DNA from: Candidatus Latescibacterota bacterium | GTDB lineage: Bacteria > Latescibacterota > UBA2968 | Direction of reading: 5' to 3' | Assembly (NCBI GenBank): GCA_038279365.1 | Contig: JAYODI010000023.1 | Coordinates: forward strand, 1 to 64,000 | DNA: 64,000 bases | Part shown: positions 19,878-30,504 of the stretch, in pieces | How positions within the stretch are numbered: the stretch's first letter is position 1 | How the letters are laid out: every line of letters begins with the position of its first letter | Notes under the pieces: model-generated | The model's database searches: none | Told to the model about the DNA's origin: nothing | What the model saw: the letters and a program-made list of their open reading frames with translations, nothing else | Position numbers and translations under genes: made by a program

Positions 19878-20075
19878 CCCAGTCAAAAACAACAAAAAAA
19901 GCATAATCTTAGTTTATAATTACCTTGACCATATAAAAAGACTGTTATAAATTAGTTGCTCTGCCAGACCTTAAATGACAATGAGCAATACCATGCAAAA
20001 CAACAAAACAAAAGCCCCGTATCCATTTGGACACAGGGCCATTATTTTATACTGTAATTATTGAACTTATAAAAA

Positions 20076-20147
20076 TGAGCCCGGAAGGATTTGAACCTTC
20101 GACCAATGGCTTAAAAGGCCACTGCTCTACCACTGAGCTACGGGCCC
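20076..20147 (-). tRNA. tRNA-Lys(UUU)
   Basis: GGGCCCGTAGCTCAGTGGTAGAGC...GTGGC-CTTTTAA-GCCAT...GGTTCAAATCC cloverleaf; CCA not encoded. Confidence 0.97.
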
Positions 20148-20182
20148 ATACAGGGCTTTGCATTGTTTAATGCGGAGCAACC

Positions 20183-20211
20183 AATATAGCCACTCTCGCT
20201 TTTTCTGTCAA
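20183..20211 (-). promoter_or_regulatory. sigma70 promoter of tRNA-Lys
   Basis: TTGACA-17 nt-TATATT. Confidence 0.7.
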
Positions 20212-20231
20212 GCAAAAGGACGCTAAAAATT

Positions 20232-21377
20232 ATGATGCGCAAACGCCAACGTGGCAAAGTTGTTAAATGGTTACTCTGGATAACAGGCATTTTAACCCTC
20301 ACTATTGTGGCTCTTGGCCTCATAGAAATTGACGATATCATCATTGCACAAGGTATTGTTGAACCTGGTCAAAAAATATATATCGATTCTCCTATGAGTC
20401 GCGTAGTGCACCGTATTTATGCTCTTCCAGGCGACACGGTACGAGCCCATCAACCCGTAGCCCAACTCTACGACGGAGACTTGCGGGCAGCCGTTGCTGC
20501 TGCAGAAAAAGAAGTTAAACGAGAAATGGCAAACTTAGCTGCTGCCAATGCCCAATTGGCACTCTTGCAAGAAAACCCCATCGAAGAAAGAAAAATTGCC
20601 GAATCACGTGTACAACAAGCCCGCATCAGCTTAACAGCACGCGAACAAGAACTCAAACGCGCCAAACAACTCTTTTTTGGAGAACGGCTTTGGAGCCAAG
20701 AAGACTTTGAACGGGCACAAACAAATTACGATTTGGCACATGCCAACTTACAGGTGGCCATTGAGAGCCTCAACTTGGTAAAACGAGGTCCATCTCCAGC
20801 AGAATTGCAAAAAGCCGAGGCCACAGTACAACAAACAGAAGCTGCGCTCGAAAAAGCCCAGCAACATCTCCACGCCGCACGCGAAGCATTGGAATTGGCC
20901 ACATTGCGCTCACCCGTAGATGGCATTGTGGCACGCCAAGATTTATACCCAGGCATGCAGGCAAGCCAAGGTGGCATCGTATTAATTGTTGCAGGTCTTG
21001 AAGAAGGCACTGTGATTGGGGCTTGGATGCCAGAAACCAATGCCTGGAAGGTGCAGGTAGGCCATCCGGTAGAAATTTTGAGCAACCTTTTTACAGACCG
21101 CGAGGGTTTTGTAGGTGAAGGGGAAGTTGCAGAAATTTATGGCTATGCCCTACATGAAAATAACCTAAGAACCTTTGGGTTAGAAGTGGCCGTTAAAAAA
21201 ACCCCCATTCCATTGCGCTATGGTTCTACAGCTGACTTACGCATAATTGTGGGGCGACGCAGCATCTTACAAACACTCCTTAGCCTCGAAAACCCAGAAG
21301 CCGTAGAATCCAGTTCTGGTGCCATCTTACAAAAAAAATCAACCACACCAACTGCTGATTCACTGCAAAGCCCATAG
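20232..21377 (+). CDS. HlyD/membrane-fusion periplasmic adaptor
   Basis: N-terminal TM, GDTV..QP lipoyl half-motif, long coiled coil, LRSPVDGIV. Confidence 0.85.
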   Translation: MMRKRQRGKVVKWLLWITGILTLTIVALGLIEIDDIIIAQGIVEPGQKIYIDSPMSRVVHRIYALPGDTVRAHQPVAQLYDGDLRAAVAAAEKEVKREMANLAAANAQLALLQENPIEERKIAESRVQQARISLTAREQELKRAKQLFFGERLWSQEDFERAQTNYDLAHANLQVAIESLNLVKRGPSPAELQKAEATVQQTEAALEKAQQHLHAAREALELATLRSPVDGIVARQDLYPGMQASQGGIVLIVAGLEEGTVIGAWMPETNAWKVQVGHPVEILSNLFTDREGFVGEGEVAEIYGYALHENNLRTFGLEVAVKKTPIPLRYGSTADLRIIVGRRSILQTLLSLENPEAVESSSGAILQKKSTTPTADSLQSP

Positions 21378-21542
21378 ACTAAACAAGTCAACCTAATAAA
21401 GCAAAGGCGAATGCACCATGCGTTCGCCTTATGTTTTGTATATAAAACCCTTGCTCGAAACACTACCTACCATTATATTTGGCAGTCTGTAAAATGAACT
21501 GCGCTAATCGTTTCTGCCAAGAAGGACATTCAGGAGGATCAA

Positions 21543-24203
21543 ATGGCAATGGCAAAAAAAGCCACCCGCACGAGTGGCAAAAAGTACGTGTATTTCTTTG
21601 GCGATGGTAAGGCCGAAGGCAAAGCCGACATGAAAAACTTGTTGGGTGGCAAAGGTGCCAACCTTGCAGAAATGTCTGGCATTGGCATTCCTGTTCCAGC
21701 AGGATTTACCATTACCACCGAAGTGTGCACCTATTACTACGACCACGGCAAAAAATATCCTGCCACTCTTGAAAAAGAGGTCTTAGAAAACGTCGCCAAG
21801 CTTGAAAAAGCAATGGGTGGCAAATTTGGAGATGCATCCAACCCTTTGCTCCTCTCCGTTCGCTCGGGTGCCCGTGTTTCCATGCCTGGTATGATGGAAA
21901 CGGTGCTCAACTTGGGTCTCAATGACGAAATCACCCAAGGCATTATTGCCAAAACGGGCAACGAACGTTTTGGGTGGGATTCTTATCGCCGCTTTATTCA
22001 AACCTACGGCGATGTGGTCATGGGTGTGGCCGCCGAAGGCCGCGAAATTGACCCATTTGAAGCCGCCATTGACGAAATCAAACACAAACGCGGCATCGAA
22101 GACGACCTCGACCTTTCCATTGATGACCTCAAGCTCTTGGTCGATATGTTCAAAAAGATTGTTAAAAAACGCACCGGGAAAAACTTCCCAACCGACCCAC
22201 TCGAACAACTCTGGGGTGGCATTGGTGCTGTTTTTGGCTCTTGGCAAGCCGCACGTGCGATAACATATCGTCGCTTAAACAATATTCCCGCAAGTTGGGG
22301 CACCGCCGTCAATGTACAATCTATGGTCTATGGCAACATGGGCAACGACTGTGCCACAGGTGTTGCATTTACACGCAACCCTTCCACGGGGCAAAACAAG
22401 TTCTACGGCGAATACCTCGTTAACGCCCAAGGCGAAGACGTGGTAGCAGGTGTACGCACACCCGAACCCGTTTCCAAAATGAAACGCAAAATGCCCGAAG
22501 CCTACAAAACGCTTGAAACCATTTACAAAAAACTCGAAAAACACTATCGCGACATGCAAGACATCGAATTCACAGTACAACAAAACAAACTGTGGATGTT
22601 GCAAACACGCAATGGCAAACGCACCGCTGCCGCAGCCGTCAAAATTGCCGTGGATATGGTCAAAGAAAAACTGATCACACAAAAAGAAGCCGTTCAACGC
22701 GTTGAACCCGGCCAACTCGACCAACTCTTGCACCCCACCTTTGACCCCAAAGCTGAAAAGAACGTTTTGGCCAAAGGCTTGCCCGCTTCTCCAGGTGCTG
22801 CTTCTGGCACCGTGGTCTTTACCGCAGAAGATGCCGAAGCCGCAGCCGCTAAGGGTGAAAAAGTCATTCTCGTGCGTTTGGAAACCTCACCTGAAGACAT
22901 TGGTGGTATGAACGCTGCTCAAGGTATTCTCACCGCACGTGGAGGTATGACCTCACACGCAGCAGTGGTGGCTCGTGGTATGGGTAAGTGCTGTGTAGCA
23001 GGTTGTGGTGCCCTGTCTATCGACTATCAAAAAGATTTATTCTCTATTGGCAAAACCACCGTCAAAGCTGGTGATTGGATTTCCATTGATGGTTCAACGG
23101 GTGAAGTGATGCTCGGCCAAGTGCCCACACAAGAACCCAAACTATCGGGTGACTTTGGCACACTGATGAGCTGGGCCGATAAAATTCGCACCCTCAACGT
23201 GCGCACCAATGCCGACACACCACACGATGCCGCTGTTGCGCGTAAGTTTGGTGCCGAAGGCATTGGCTTGTGTCGCACTGAGCATATGTTCTTTGAAGGT
23301 GACCGCATCAACATCGTGCGTGAAATGATTCTGGCCAATGACGAAGCCGGTCGTCGCAAAGCCCTCAAGAAACTCTTGCCCATCCAACGCGGAGATTTCG
23401 AAGGCATCTTTAAAGCCATGAAAGGCTTGCCCGTGACGGTGCGTTTGCTCGACCCACCCTTGCACGAATTTTTGCCACACGAAACAGACCAACAGCAAGA
23501 AATGGCCAAACGCTTGAAACGCTCACTCAAAGAAATCCAAGACAAGGTTGAATCGCTCAGCGAATTCAACCCCATGTTGGGTCACCGTGGGTGTCGTTTG
23601 GGTGTTACCTATCCCGAAATTTATGAAATGCAAGTACGCGCCATCTTAGAAGCTGCTGCAAAAGTGGGCAAAGACGCCATTGCAGAAATTATGATCCCCT
23701 TGGTTGGCACAGTCACAGAATTTACCATGCTCAAAGATATGACGGACCGTGTGGCCAAAGAAGTGCGCAAAGAAACAGGCAAAAAAGTCACCTACACCGT
23801 AGGCACCATGATTGAAATTCCTCGCGCAGCTCTTACTGCCGATGAAATTGCCGAACACGCACAATTCTTCTCCTTTGGTACCAATGACCTCACACAAATG
23901 ACCTTTGGTTATTCGCGTGACGATGCCGGTGTGTTCTTGGGTGAATATGTTGAAAAGGGTATTCTCGAAAACGATCCCTTCCAAACACTCGACCAAACCG
24001 GTGTGGGCCAATTGGTTGAAATGGGCACCCAAAAGGGCCGCAAAGTTCGCAAAAACCTCAAAGTGGGTATCTGCGGTGAACACGGTGGCGATCCTGCCTC
24101 CGTTCACTTCTGCCACAATGTGGGTATGAATTACGTTTCGTGCTCACCCTTCCGTGTTCCCATTGCACGTTTGGCGGCCGCACATGCTGCCTTAGAAGGC
24201 TAA
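21543..24203 (+). CDS. ppdK: pyruvate phosphate dikinase
   Basis: [42 protein letters not shown]. Confidence 0.98.
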   Translation: MAMAKKATRTSGKKYVYFFGDGKAEGKADMKNLLGGKGANLAEMSGIGIPVPAGFTITTEVCTYYYDHGKKYPATLEKEVLENVAKLEKAMGGKFGDASNPLLLSVRSGARVSMPGMMETVLNLGLNDEITQGIIAKTGNERFGWDSYRRFIQTYGDVVMGVAAEGREIDPFEAAIDEIKHKRGIEDDLDLSIDDLKLLVDMFKKIVKKRTGKNFPTDPLEQLWGGIGAVFGSWQAARAITYRRLNNIPASWGTAVNVQSMVYGNMGNDCATGVAFTRNPSTGQNKFYGEYLVNAQGEDVVAGVRTPEPVSKMKRKMPEAYKTLETIYKKLEKHYRDMQDIEFTVQQNKLWMLQTRNGKRTAAAAVKIAVDMVKEKLITQKEAVQRVEPGQLDQLLHPTFDPKAEKNVLAKGLPASPGAASGTVVFTAEDAEAAAAKGEKVILVRLETSPEDIGGMNAAQGILTARGGMTSHAAVVARGMGKCCVAGCGALSIDYQKDLFSIGKTTVKAGDWISIDGSTGEVMLGQVPTQEPKLSGDFGTLMSWADKIRTLNVRTNADTPHDAAVARKFGAEGIGLCRTEHMFFEGDRINIVREMILANDEAGRRKALKKLLPIQRGDFEGIFKAMKGLPVTVRLLDPPLHEFLPHETDQQQEMAKRLKRSLKEIQDKVESLSEFNPMLGHRGCRLGVTYPEIYEMQVRAILEAAAKVGKDAIAEIMIPLVGTVTEFTMLKDMTDRVAKEVRKETGKKVTYTVGTMIEIPRAALTADEIAEHAQFFSFGTNDLTQMTFGYSRDDAGVFLGEYVEKGILENDPFQTLDQTGVGQLVEMGTQKGRKVRKNLKVGICGEHGGDPASVHFCHNVGMNYVSCSPFRVPIARLAAAHAALEG

Positions 24204-24248
24204 ACAAATGCACATCTCTTCTCGTAATCGAGGATAGCGCATCAAAAC

Positions 24249-24281
24249 AATTGCCCGCTTCCATAATGGAAGCGGGCAATT
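24249..24281. terminator. perfect inverted repeat after ppdK
   Basis: AATTGCCCGCTTCCA-TAA-TGGAAGCGGGCAATT. Confidence 0.65.
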
Positions 24282-24390
24282 AAGTTTCATCAGACAACTT
24301 CCCCTGCTTGATTTTCCCTCCACCTTAACCTATATTTTACCGATCTATTCATCCCTTTTTTCACGAAATTACAGGAAGTTCGGTACATTT

Positions 24391-25155
24391 ATGCCAGCAA
24401 GAGTTATTGCCGTAGCCAATCAAAAAGGTGGTGTGGGCAAAACCACCACAGCGGTCAATTTATCCGCGTGTTTGGCGGCAGCAGAGAAAAAAACCCTGCT
24501 ACTTGATATGGACCCACAGGCCAATGCAACCAGCGGTTGTGGCGTGAGTATGGAAGAAGATACATCCAGCATCTACGAAGTTTTATTGCAAGAAAAACCA
24601 TTTAAAAGCATCATTAAAGATACCAAAGTGCCTTTTTTAAGCATTGCACCATCACACATTAGTCTGACGGGTGCTGAAGTTGAAATGGTATCTATTATTT
24701 CACGCGAACAACGCCTCAAATCAGCTCTGTTAAGCATTCGAGATGCATATGACTTTATCATTATTGATTGCCCACCCTCATTGGGGTTGCTCACACTCAA
24801 TGCACTAACGGGTGCAGACTCGGTGCTCATTCCCATCCAGTGTGAATATTATGCCCTTGAGGGTTTGGGAAAATTGCTCAACACCCTGCGCCTCGTACAA
24901 CGCCACCTCAACCCACAACTTCAAGTTGAAGGTGTGTTGCTCACCATGTATGATGGGCGCCTCAACCTCTCTCGACAAGTGGCAGAAGAAACCAAAGCAC
25001 ACTTTGGCGACAAAGTGTATAAAACCGTGATTGGACGCAATGTCAAACTCGGAGAAGCACCCAGTTTTGGCAAACCCATTATCCTTTATGACATCATGTC
25101 TTCCGGCGCACAAAGCTATATGAATCTCGCCGGGGAGGTCATCAACAATGGCTAA
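24391..25155 (+). CDS. parA: chromosome partition ATPase ParA/Soj
   Basis: NQKGGVGKTT, DCPPSLG, QCEYYALEG, EAPSFG. Confidence 0.95.
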   Translation: MPARVIAVANQKGGVGKTTTAVNLSACLAAAEKKTLLLDMDPQANATSGCGVSMEEDTSSIYEVLLQEKPFKSIIKDTKVPFLSIAPSHISLTGAEVEMVSIISREQRLKSALLSIRDAYDFIIIDCPPSLGLLTLNALTGADSVLIPIQCEYYALEGLGKLLNTLRLVQRHLNPQLQVEGVLLTMYDGRLNLSRQVAEETKAHFGDKVYKTVIGRNVKLGEAPSFGKPIILYDIMSSGAQSYMNLAGEVINNG

Positions 25156-26032
25156 ACGCAACGCCCTCGGCAAAGGTCTTGGTGCACTCATCCCTGGTGC
25201 CAATGACGACACCCACACGCCCACAGAAGAACAAGAAACCCCATCGGGTCGGCAAGTGATAGACATTGCCATTGAAGACATCGACCCCAACCCACACCAA
25301 CCGCGCACAGAATTTGACCCCAAAGCCGTTAGTGAACTGGCCCAGTCCATTCGCGAAAAAGGCATCTTACAACCCATTAGCGTGCGCAGATATGGAACGG
25401 GGTATCAACTGATTGCTGGCGAACGTCGTTTTAGGGCAGCCAAACAAGCCGAATTAGAAGTTGTGCCGGCACTGGTCATGGACATTGGTACCGACCAAGA
25501 GATGATGGAACTGTCGCTTATTGAAAACATTCAGCGCGAAGACCTCAACCCCGTTGAAGAAGCCAAAGCATATCGCATGCTTATTGACGAATGTTTTCTC
25601 ACACAAGAAGAAGTGGCCGAACGCGTTGGCAAAGACCGTTCGACGGTCGCCAACATGTTGCGTTTATTGGCTCTCCCAAAAGAAATTCTCGATGCCCTGC
25701 AAACAGGCCAAATATCATCAGGTCATGCACGCGCCCTATTGGGATTAGACGACCCAGAACTTCAAATTGCCATTTGCCAACAAACAGTTGCACAGGGTTT
25801 ATCGGTTCGCCGTGTTGAATCACTCGTGAAGGCCTACAAAGACGGCACGGCCAAAAAACCACAAAAAACACACACTTACAAAGACCCCAACATCCTCTCT
25901 CTAGAAGAAGATCTTCAACGGCAATTTGGCACCTCGGTCAATATTCATCGCCGAGGACAAAAAGGCAAAATTGAAATTGAGTTTTATAGCGATGACGATT
26001 TAAATCGCGTTCTGGACTTGATTCGCGACTAA
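25148..26032 (+). CDS. parB: chromosome partition protein ParB/Spo0J
   Basis: LGKGLGAL, NPHQPR, AGERRFRA, ENIQREDL, HTH. Confidence 0.95.
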   Translation: MAKRNALGKGLGALIPGANDDTHTPTEEQETPSGRQVIDIAIEDIDPNPHQPRTEFDPKAVSELAQSIREKGILQPISVRRYGTGYQLIAGERRFRAAKQAELEVVPALVMDIGTDQEMMELSLIENIQREDLNPVEEAKAYRMLIDECFLTQEEVAERVGKDRSTVANMLRLLALPKEILDALQTGQISSGHARALLGLDDPELQIAICQQTVAQGLSVRRVESLVKAYKDGTAKKPQKTHTYKDPNILSLEEDLQRQFGTSVNIHRRGQKGKIEIEFYSDDDLNRVLDLIRD

Positions 26033-26077
26033 AAATATTTTACTATTACGCCAAAAGCGTCTCCACGATAAGATATT

Positions 26078-26117
26078 AAAGTGTGGCCAGTAGGTTACCT
26101 ACTGGCCACTTTGTTTT
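26078..26117 (+). terminator. terminator after parB
   Basis: GTGGCCAGTAG/CTACTGGCCAC hairpin plus T-rich tail. Confidence 0.7.
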
Positions 26118-26214
26118 GACCGGCAAGACAGGATACAAAATATAGTGAGATGATTGTATGCAAATTATGAGTTTATATTATAAATATTAATGCAATCCAT
26201 AAGCGAGGTTGGTT

Positions 26215-27897
26215 TTGATTGATCTGATAATAAACCGAGAAATAAATTTTAAAAATGAACTGCTATCAGGTTTAACTGTGGCACTTGCCCTTGTACCAGA
26301 AGCCGTGGCTTTTGCCTTTGTTGCGGGTGTTGAGCCATCTGTTGGTCTTTGGGCCGCATTTTTTGTTGGTTTCATCACCTCCCTAATAGGTGGCCGCCCA
26401 GGCATGATCTCGGGGGCAACTGGTGCAATGGCTGTGGTCATGACGGCATTTGTGATTCTCTATGGCATTGAATATTTGTTTGCAGCAGTCATTTTATGTG
26501 GGGTCATTCAAATTTTATGTGGGGTCTGCAAAATTGGCAAATTTATTCGTCTCCTGCCACACCCCGTTATGTTGGGTTTTGTAAATGGATTGGCCATTGT
26601 GATTGGGTTGGCTCAATTTGGTCAACTTAAAGAAAACCACCAAGTGATCTTTAACGAAACAGCTCACAAGTTTGAAATTGCGGCACAATGGATGAGTGGA
26701 AACAACTTATTGACAACAATCGCCCTGATCTTGATAACCATGGGCATTATTAACCATTTCCACAGAATCACCAAAGCCGTTCCGGGCACATTGGTTGCCA
26801 TTGTAACCGTTACCCTTATGACTTACTTTTTGCCCATTGATACCGTGACAGTGAATGACACCGTTGAGATACAAAATGCAGTGGCGGCAGAAAAAGCTGA
26901 AAAAATGCGCCTCTTTGAATTAGAAAAACCTAACCTACTCTATTCCGAAGTCGATAAACGCGGCCACGAAATCGCAGCCAGCACCATTCCAATTCCTCAA
27001 ACAGTATCTGATCGTCAAGCAGGCAGTTTCCAAATTCCCAGTATTCCGTTTACACTCCAAAGCTTGTGGATCATTCTCGGGCTCAGTGTCACCCTGGCAG
27101 CCATTGGACTCATCGAATCGCTTATGACACTGACGCTTATTGATGAATTAACAGAAACAGATGGCAACGGCAACCGCGAATGTATTGGACAGGGTGTTGC
27201 CAATATGGTTGCAGGTCTTTTTGGAAGCATGGGGGGTTGTGCCATGATTGGCCAATCCATGATTAATATCCGTTCAGGTGGACGCCATCGTTTATCAGGC
27301 ATATCTGCCGCTCTCTTTCTGCTGGCATTTATCGTTTTTCCACCCTTATGGTCTTGCATTGGTCTGATCCCTGTGCCCGCACTCATTGGCGTGATGTTTA
27401 TTGTGGTCATTGCCACGTTTGAGTGGACCAGTTTGCGCCTGTGGAACAAGATTCCCAAAAGTGATTTTTTTGTTATTGTGGCAGTATCTGGCATTACCGT
27501 ACTTTTTGATTTGGCTATTGCCGTTGCTTCGGGGGTGATCATATCCGCCTTGGTATTTGCTTGGAAAAAATCACAACGCATCGATGCCGAAGTGCGCCAA
27601 GAAAATGGCGTTACCATTTACGAACTCAACGGTTCACTGTTCTTTGGTGCCATAACCTCATTTAAAGAAATATTCACCCCCACAGAAGATTCAGACCAGG
27701 TGGTCATCGAATTTAAAAACTGTCAGGTATATGACCATTCGGCATTGGAAGCCATTAACAACCTCTGCGAAAAATATCGCGACTTGGGCAAAACAGTCAT
27801 CTTAAGGCACCTGTCACCAGATTGCCGAAAAGTGTTGAGCAAAGCCGATGCAATTCTTGAAGTGACAATAGAAGACCCCAAATATCACGTTGCCTAA
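26215..27897 (+). CDS. SulP-family anion permease with STAS domain
   Basis: SGLTVALALVPEAVAFA, GGRPGMISGATG, GGCAMIGQS, C-terminal STAS; start approximate. Confidence 0.9.
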   Translation: MIDLIINREINFKNELLSGLTVALALVPEAVAFAFVAGVEPSVGLWAAFFVGFITSLIGGRPGMISGATGAMAVVMTAFVILYGIEYLFAAVILCGVIQILCGVCKIGKFIRLLPHPVMLGFVNGLAIVIGLAQFGQLKENHQVIFNETAHKFEIAAQWMSGNNLLTTIALILITMGIINHFHRITKAVPGTLVAIVTVTLMTYFLPIDTVTVNDTVEIQNAVAAEKAEKMRLFELEKPNLLYSEVDKRGHEIAASTIPIPQTVSDRQAGSFQIPSIPFTLQSLWIILGLSVTLAAIGLIESLMTLTLIDELTETDGNGNRECIGQGVANMVAGLFGSMGGCAMIGQSMINIRSGGRHRLSGISAALFLLAFIVFPPLWSCIGLIPVPALIGVMFIVVIATFEWTSLRLWNKIPKSDFFVIVAVSGITVLFDLAIAVASGVIISALVFAWKKSQRIDAEVRQENGVTIYELNGSLFFGAITSFKEIFTPTEDSDQVVIEFKNCQVYDHSALEAINNLCEKYRDLGKTVILRHLSPDCRKVLSKADAILEVTIEDPKYHVA

Positions 27898-27912
27898 TAA
27901 GCAATGTATTAT

Positions 27913-27960
27913 AAAAATAAACAAGCGATCCATCTCAATCTGGATCGCTTGTTTATTTTT
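27913..27960. terminator. bidirectional terminator
   Basis: AAAAATAAACAAGCGATCCA/TGGATCGCTTGTTTATTTTT. Confidence 0.85.
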
Positions 27961-27993
27961 ATCTCTCCCATAAATAACGTCGAAAATTTTATC

Positions 27994-28272
27994 TCATGGC
28001 GCTTCATGGTTATCCAGATTGTGTGCTTCGTATTGTTTTTCATTCCGATGCCACGTCCACTTACTCCCCCAATACCCACTTATCGGAAATAAAATCAGTG
28101 CAATAATAAATGTCACATAAGGGTTTTTGTTGGGCATCACATACATCATGACCACAGACCACATAATACCCGTTAAAATACCCCAAAACAAAACACCGTT
28201 AAACCAAACAAAGTGGGTCTTCCCTTTTTCTCTCACTTTTGACCATTTGTCATATTGATGAGGATTCATCAT
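27994..28272 (-). CDS. small two-TM membrane protein
   Basis: KWSKVREKGKTHFVWFNGVLFWG...; SD-like AAGGGTG upstream. Confidence 0.65.
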   Translation of the reverse strand: MMNPHQYDKWSKVREKGKTHFVWFNGVLFWGILTGIMWSVVMMYVMPNKNPYVTFIIALILFPISGYWGSKWTWHRNEKQYEAHNLDNHEAP

Positions 28273-28279
28273 CACCCTT

Positions 28280-28873
28280 TCATGTATTAAGTATTTGCGA
28301 CACCTTCTCTTGGAGGGATGGCAACAACTCTTTTTCAAACCACAGATTTCGTTTTAACCAAAGATTGTTTCTTGGGCTGGGATGTGGCAAGGGCACCACA
28401 TGAGGCCAAGTATCTCGCCACCGCAACACCCGTTCTGTTAAGGACAAGCGCGATTTACCAAAATGATAAGCCTGTGCATATTGCCCAAGCACCAGTGTCA
28501 TTTGCACATTGCTCAGATGACCAAGCAATTGTTCTCGCCAAGCAGGTGTACACTCGGGGCGAGGGGGTAAATCACCCGATTTGCCTGTTCCGGGATAACA
28601 AAATCCCATCGCCATAAGCGCTATTTTTTCAGCATCGTAAAAAACGTCTGGCGAAATCCCCAGCCACTGACGCAAACGATCTCCACTGGGGTCGTTAAAT
28701 GACACACCCGACTCATGCACCCTGCGCCCAGGTGCTTGCCCCGCAATTAGAATTTGTGCCTTGGGATGCACCTGTAAAACGGGCCGGGGTCCAAGGGGCA
28801 AATGTGCTTTACAAATGCTACAAGACCTTACGTCTTTTAACAATGACAAAAAGCCAACCATCTCTTTGACCAC
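28280..28873 (-). CDS. uracil-DNA glycosylase family protein
   Basis: CSIC, GQAPG, FNDPSGDRLR, LPHPSPRN. Confidence 0.9.
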   Translation of the reverse strand: MVKEMVGFLSLLKDVRSCSICKAHLPLGPRPVLQVHPKAQILIAGQAPGRRVHESGVSFNDPSGDRLRQWLGISPDVFYDAEKIALMAMGFCYPGTGKSGDLPPRPECTPAWREQLLGHLSNVQMTLVLGQYAQAYHFGKSRLSLTERVLRWRDTWPHVVPLPHPSPRNNLWLKRNLWFEKELLPSLQEKVSQILNT

Positions 28874-29101
28874 CCATTAAAATCATTCATAAGCCAGTAG
28901 CGAATCATCTTTTTTATACAGCCCGGCCATATCATTCGCATGATAAAGCAACAGGCATTCATTTTCAAATGGTGCCATTTTTAAACTTCCTTTATTTTGT
29001 CAAAAAACCGCGTTTTGTGTATCTTCATAGCCCGATTCGAAAAAGTATCTGTTTTAATAATATGACCGCACTTCATAAGTTGGCATAATTAGGAGAACCA
29101 C

Positions 29102-30031
29102 ATGCTCAGCAGACTCATTGACAAGTTCAAAAAGGGCCTTGCCAAAACCCGTGAGGGCATGGTGCAAAAAATACGCGAAGTGATTCGCTTGCGGCCCAAA
29201 CTTGATGAAGAAACCTTGGAAGAAATTGAAGAAATACTCATTCAAGCAGATGTGGGTATAGACCCAACCATGCGCATCATTGACAACTTGCGTGAACGTG
29301 TGGCATCGGGAGAAAAGGTAGAAGACCCTGAAAACATGGTACAACAATTTTTAGAAGATGAAATACGAAAAATACTCCAGCCGGAAAATACCGCCCCTAC
29401 ACTCACCCTTACACACAAGCCACATGTCATTCTTATCGTAGGTGTCAACGGCGTGGGCAAAACCACAAGCATTGGCAAGCTTGCACGCAAATTTAATCGC
29501 GAAGGTAAAAAAGTCCTTTTGGCTGCTGGCGACACATTTAGAGCCGCTGCCATTGAACAGTTAGACATTTGGGCCGACCGCACCGATGCCGACATTGTCA
29601 AACACAAACCCGGTGCCGATGCGGCCTCGGTTGCCTTTGACGCCATACAGGCCGCCAAAGCCCGTCAGACAGACGTGGTAATCATTGACACGGCAGGGCG
29701 TTTGCACACCAAAGTCAACCTCATGGAAGAGGTCAAAAAAATTCGCAGAGTTGTTGACAAAGCCTTACCCGGTGCCCCCCACGAAACCCTGCTTGTATTG
29801 GACGCCACCACAGGCCAAAACGCCGTGAATCAGGCCCGTCAATTTCATCAAAGTTGCGAACTCACGGGCCTCATATTGGCCAAACTTGATGGCACGGCCA
29901 AAGGCGGTGTGGTCATTGCCATTGCCGCCGACTTAGACTTGCCAGTGCGCTTTGTGGGCTTGGGTGAAGGCCCCGATGACTTGGAAGATTTTGTGCCCGA
30001 AAACTTTGTACGGGCATTGTTTGAAAAATAA
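29102..30031 (+). CDS. ftsY: SRP receptor FtsY
   Basis: [30 protein letters not shown]. Confidence 0.97.
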   Translation: MLSRLIDKFKKGLAKTREGMVQKIREVIRLRPKLDEETLEEIEEILIQADVGIDPTMRIIDNLRERVASGEKVEDPENMVQQFLEDEIRKILQPENTAPTLTLTHKPHVILIVGVNGVGKTTSIGKLARKFNREGKKVLLAAGDTFRAAAIEQLDIWADRTDADIVKHKPGADAASVAFDAIQAAKARQTDVVIIDTAGRLHTKVNLMEEVKKIRRVVDKALPGAPHETLLVLDATTGQNAVNQARQFHQSCELTGLILAKLDGTAKGGVVIAIAADLDLPVRFVGLGEGPDDLEDFVPENFVRALFEK

Positions 30032-30318
30032 TACCCCATTCGGCCTGCTGTAGATCGGAAATGACATCGAACACTGCCCTGCGAACCGCGCCGAAAAAGT
30101 GAAGACGGGCGTCGGTAATCGTCCGATCAACTGCGCTAAAATAAATTTCAACGCTACGAGAGGAAAAGTCCTACGGACTTAAGGTCAAAAACCCAACCCG
30201 TGCCGATTTATTTAAAAAAGTTCGATCATTCCAATGCCCTTATAACGAAGCGCTACGCATTAAAAACAAGAACATACACCATTAAGAACCGCATTGTATT
30301 TGCAACACCTGTTGAACA

Positions 30319-30346
30319 TTGACGCACCCATAAAATCAAGTATATT
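30319..30346 (+). promoter_or_regulatory. probable promoter of iscS-mrp-moeB, overlapping an Rrf2 half-site
   Basis: TTGACG-16 nt-TATATT; contains ATAAAATCAAGTAT. Confidence 0.5.
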
Positions 30347-30504
30347 GAACCTTGCTTCGCAGCCCATTCGGATCTAAAATGATCAAAGTTACATCACCTC
30401 TCATCTGCGTGGCACCCTGCATTTTGGGCAAGCAACAACAGTAGCCGAACCTGTGCGCCCAAATCTTCTACGCAACTCAATTTGAAAATTTTAAAACATA
30501 ACCG

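Noticed and set aside
24300-26200. parS site or oriC near parAB
   Set aside because: No TGTTTCACGTGAAACA-like site or DnaA-box cluster seen; the plus strand looks C-rich throughout with no obvious skew switch.
30061-30144. Second UGA-containing mini-ORF (MTSNTALRTAPKK-TGA-RRAS...)
   Set aside because: No hairpin at the 21-nt spacing, no linked terminator and no SD; likely chance.
30166-30180. AAGTCCTACGGACTT palindrome, similar to the one at ~38998
   Set aside because: Short REP-like hairpins with no further support for a function.
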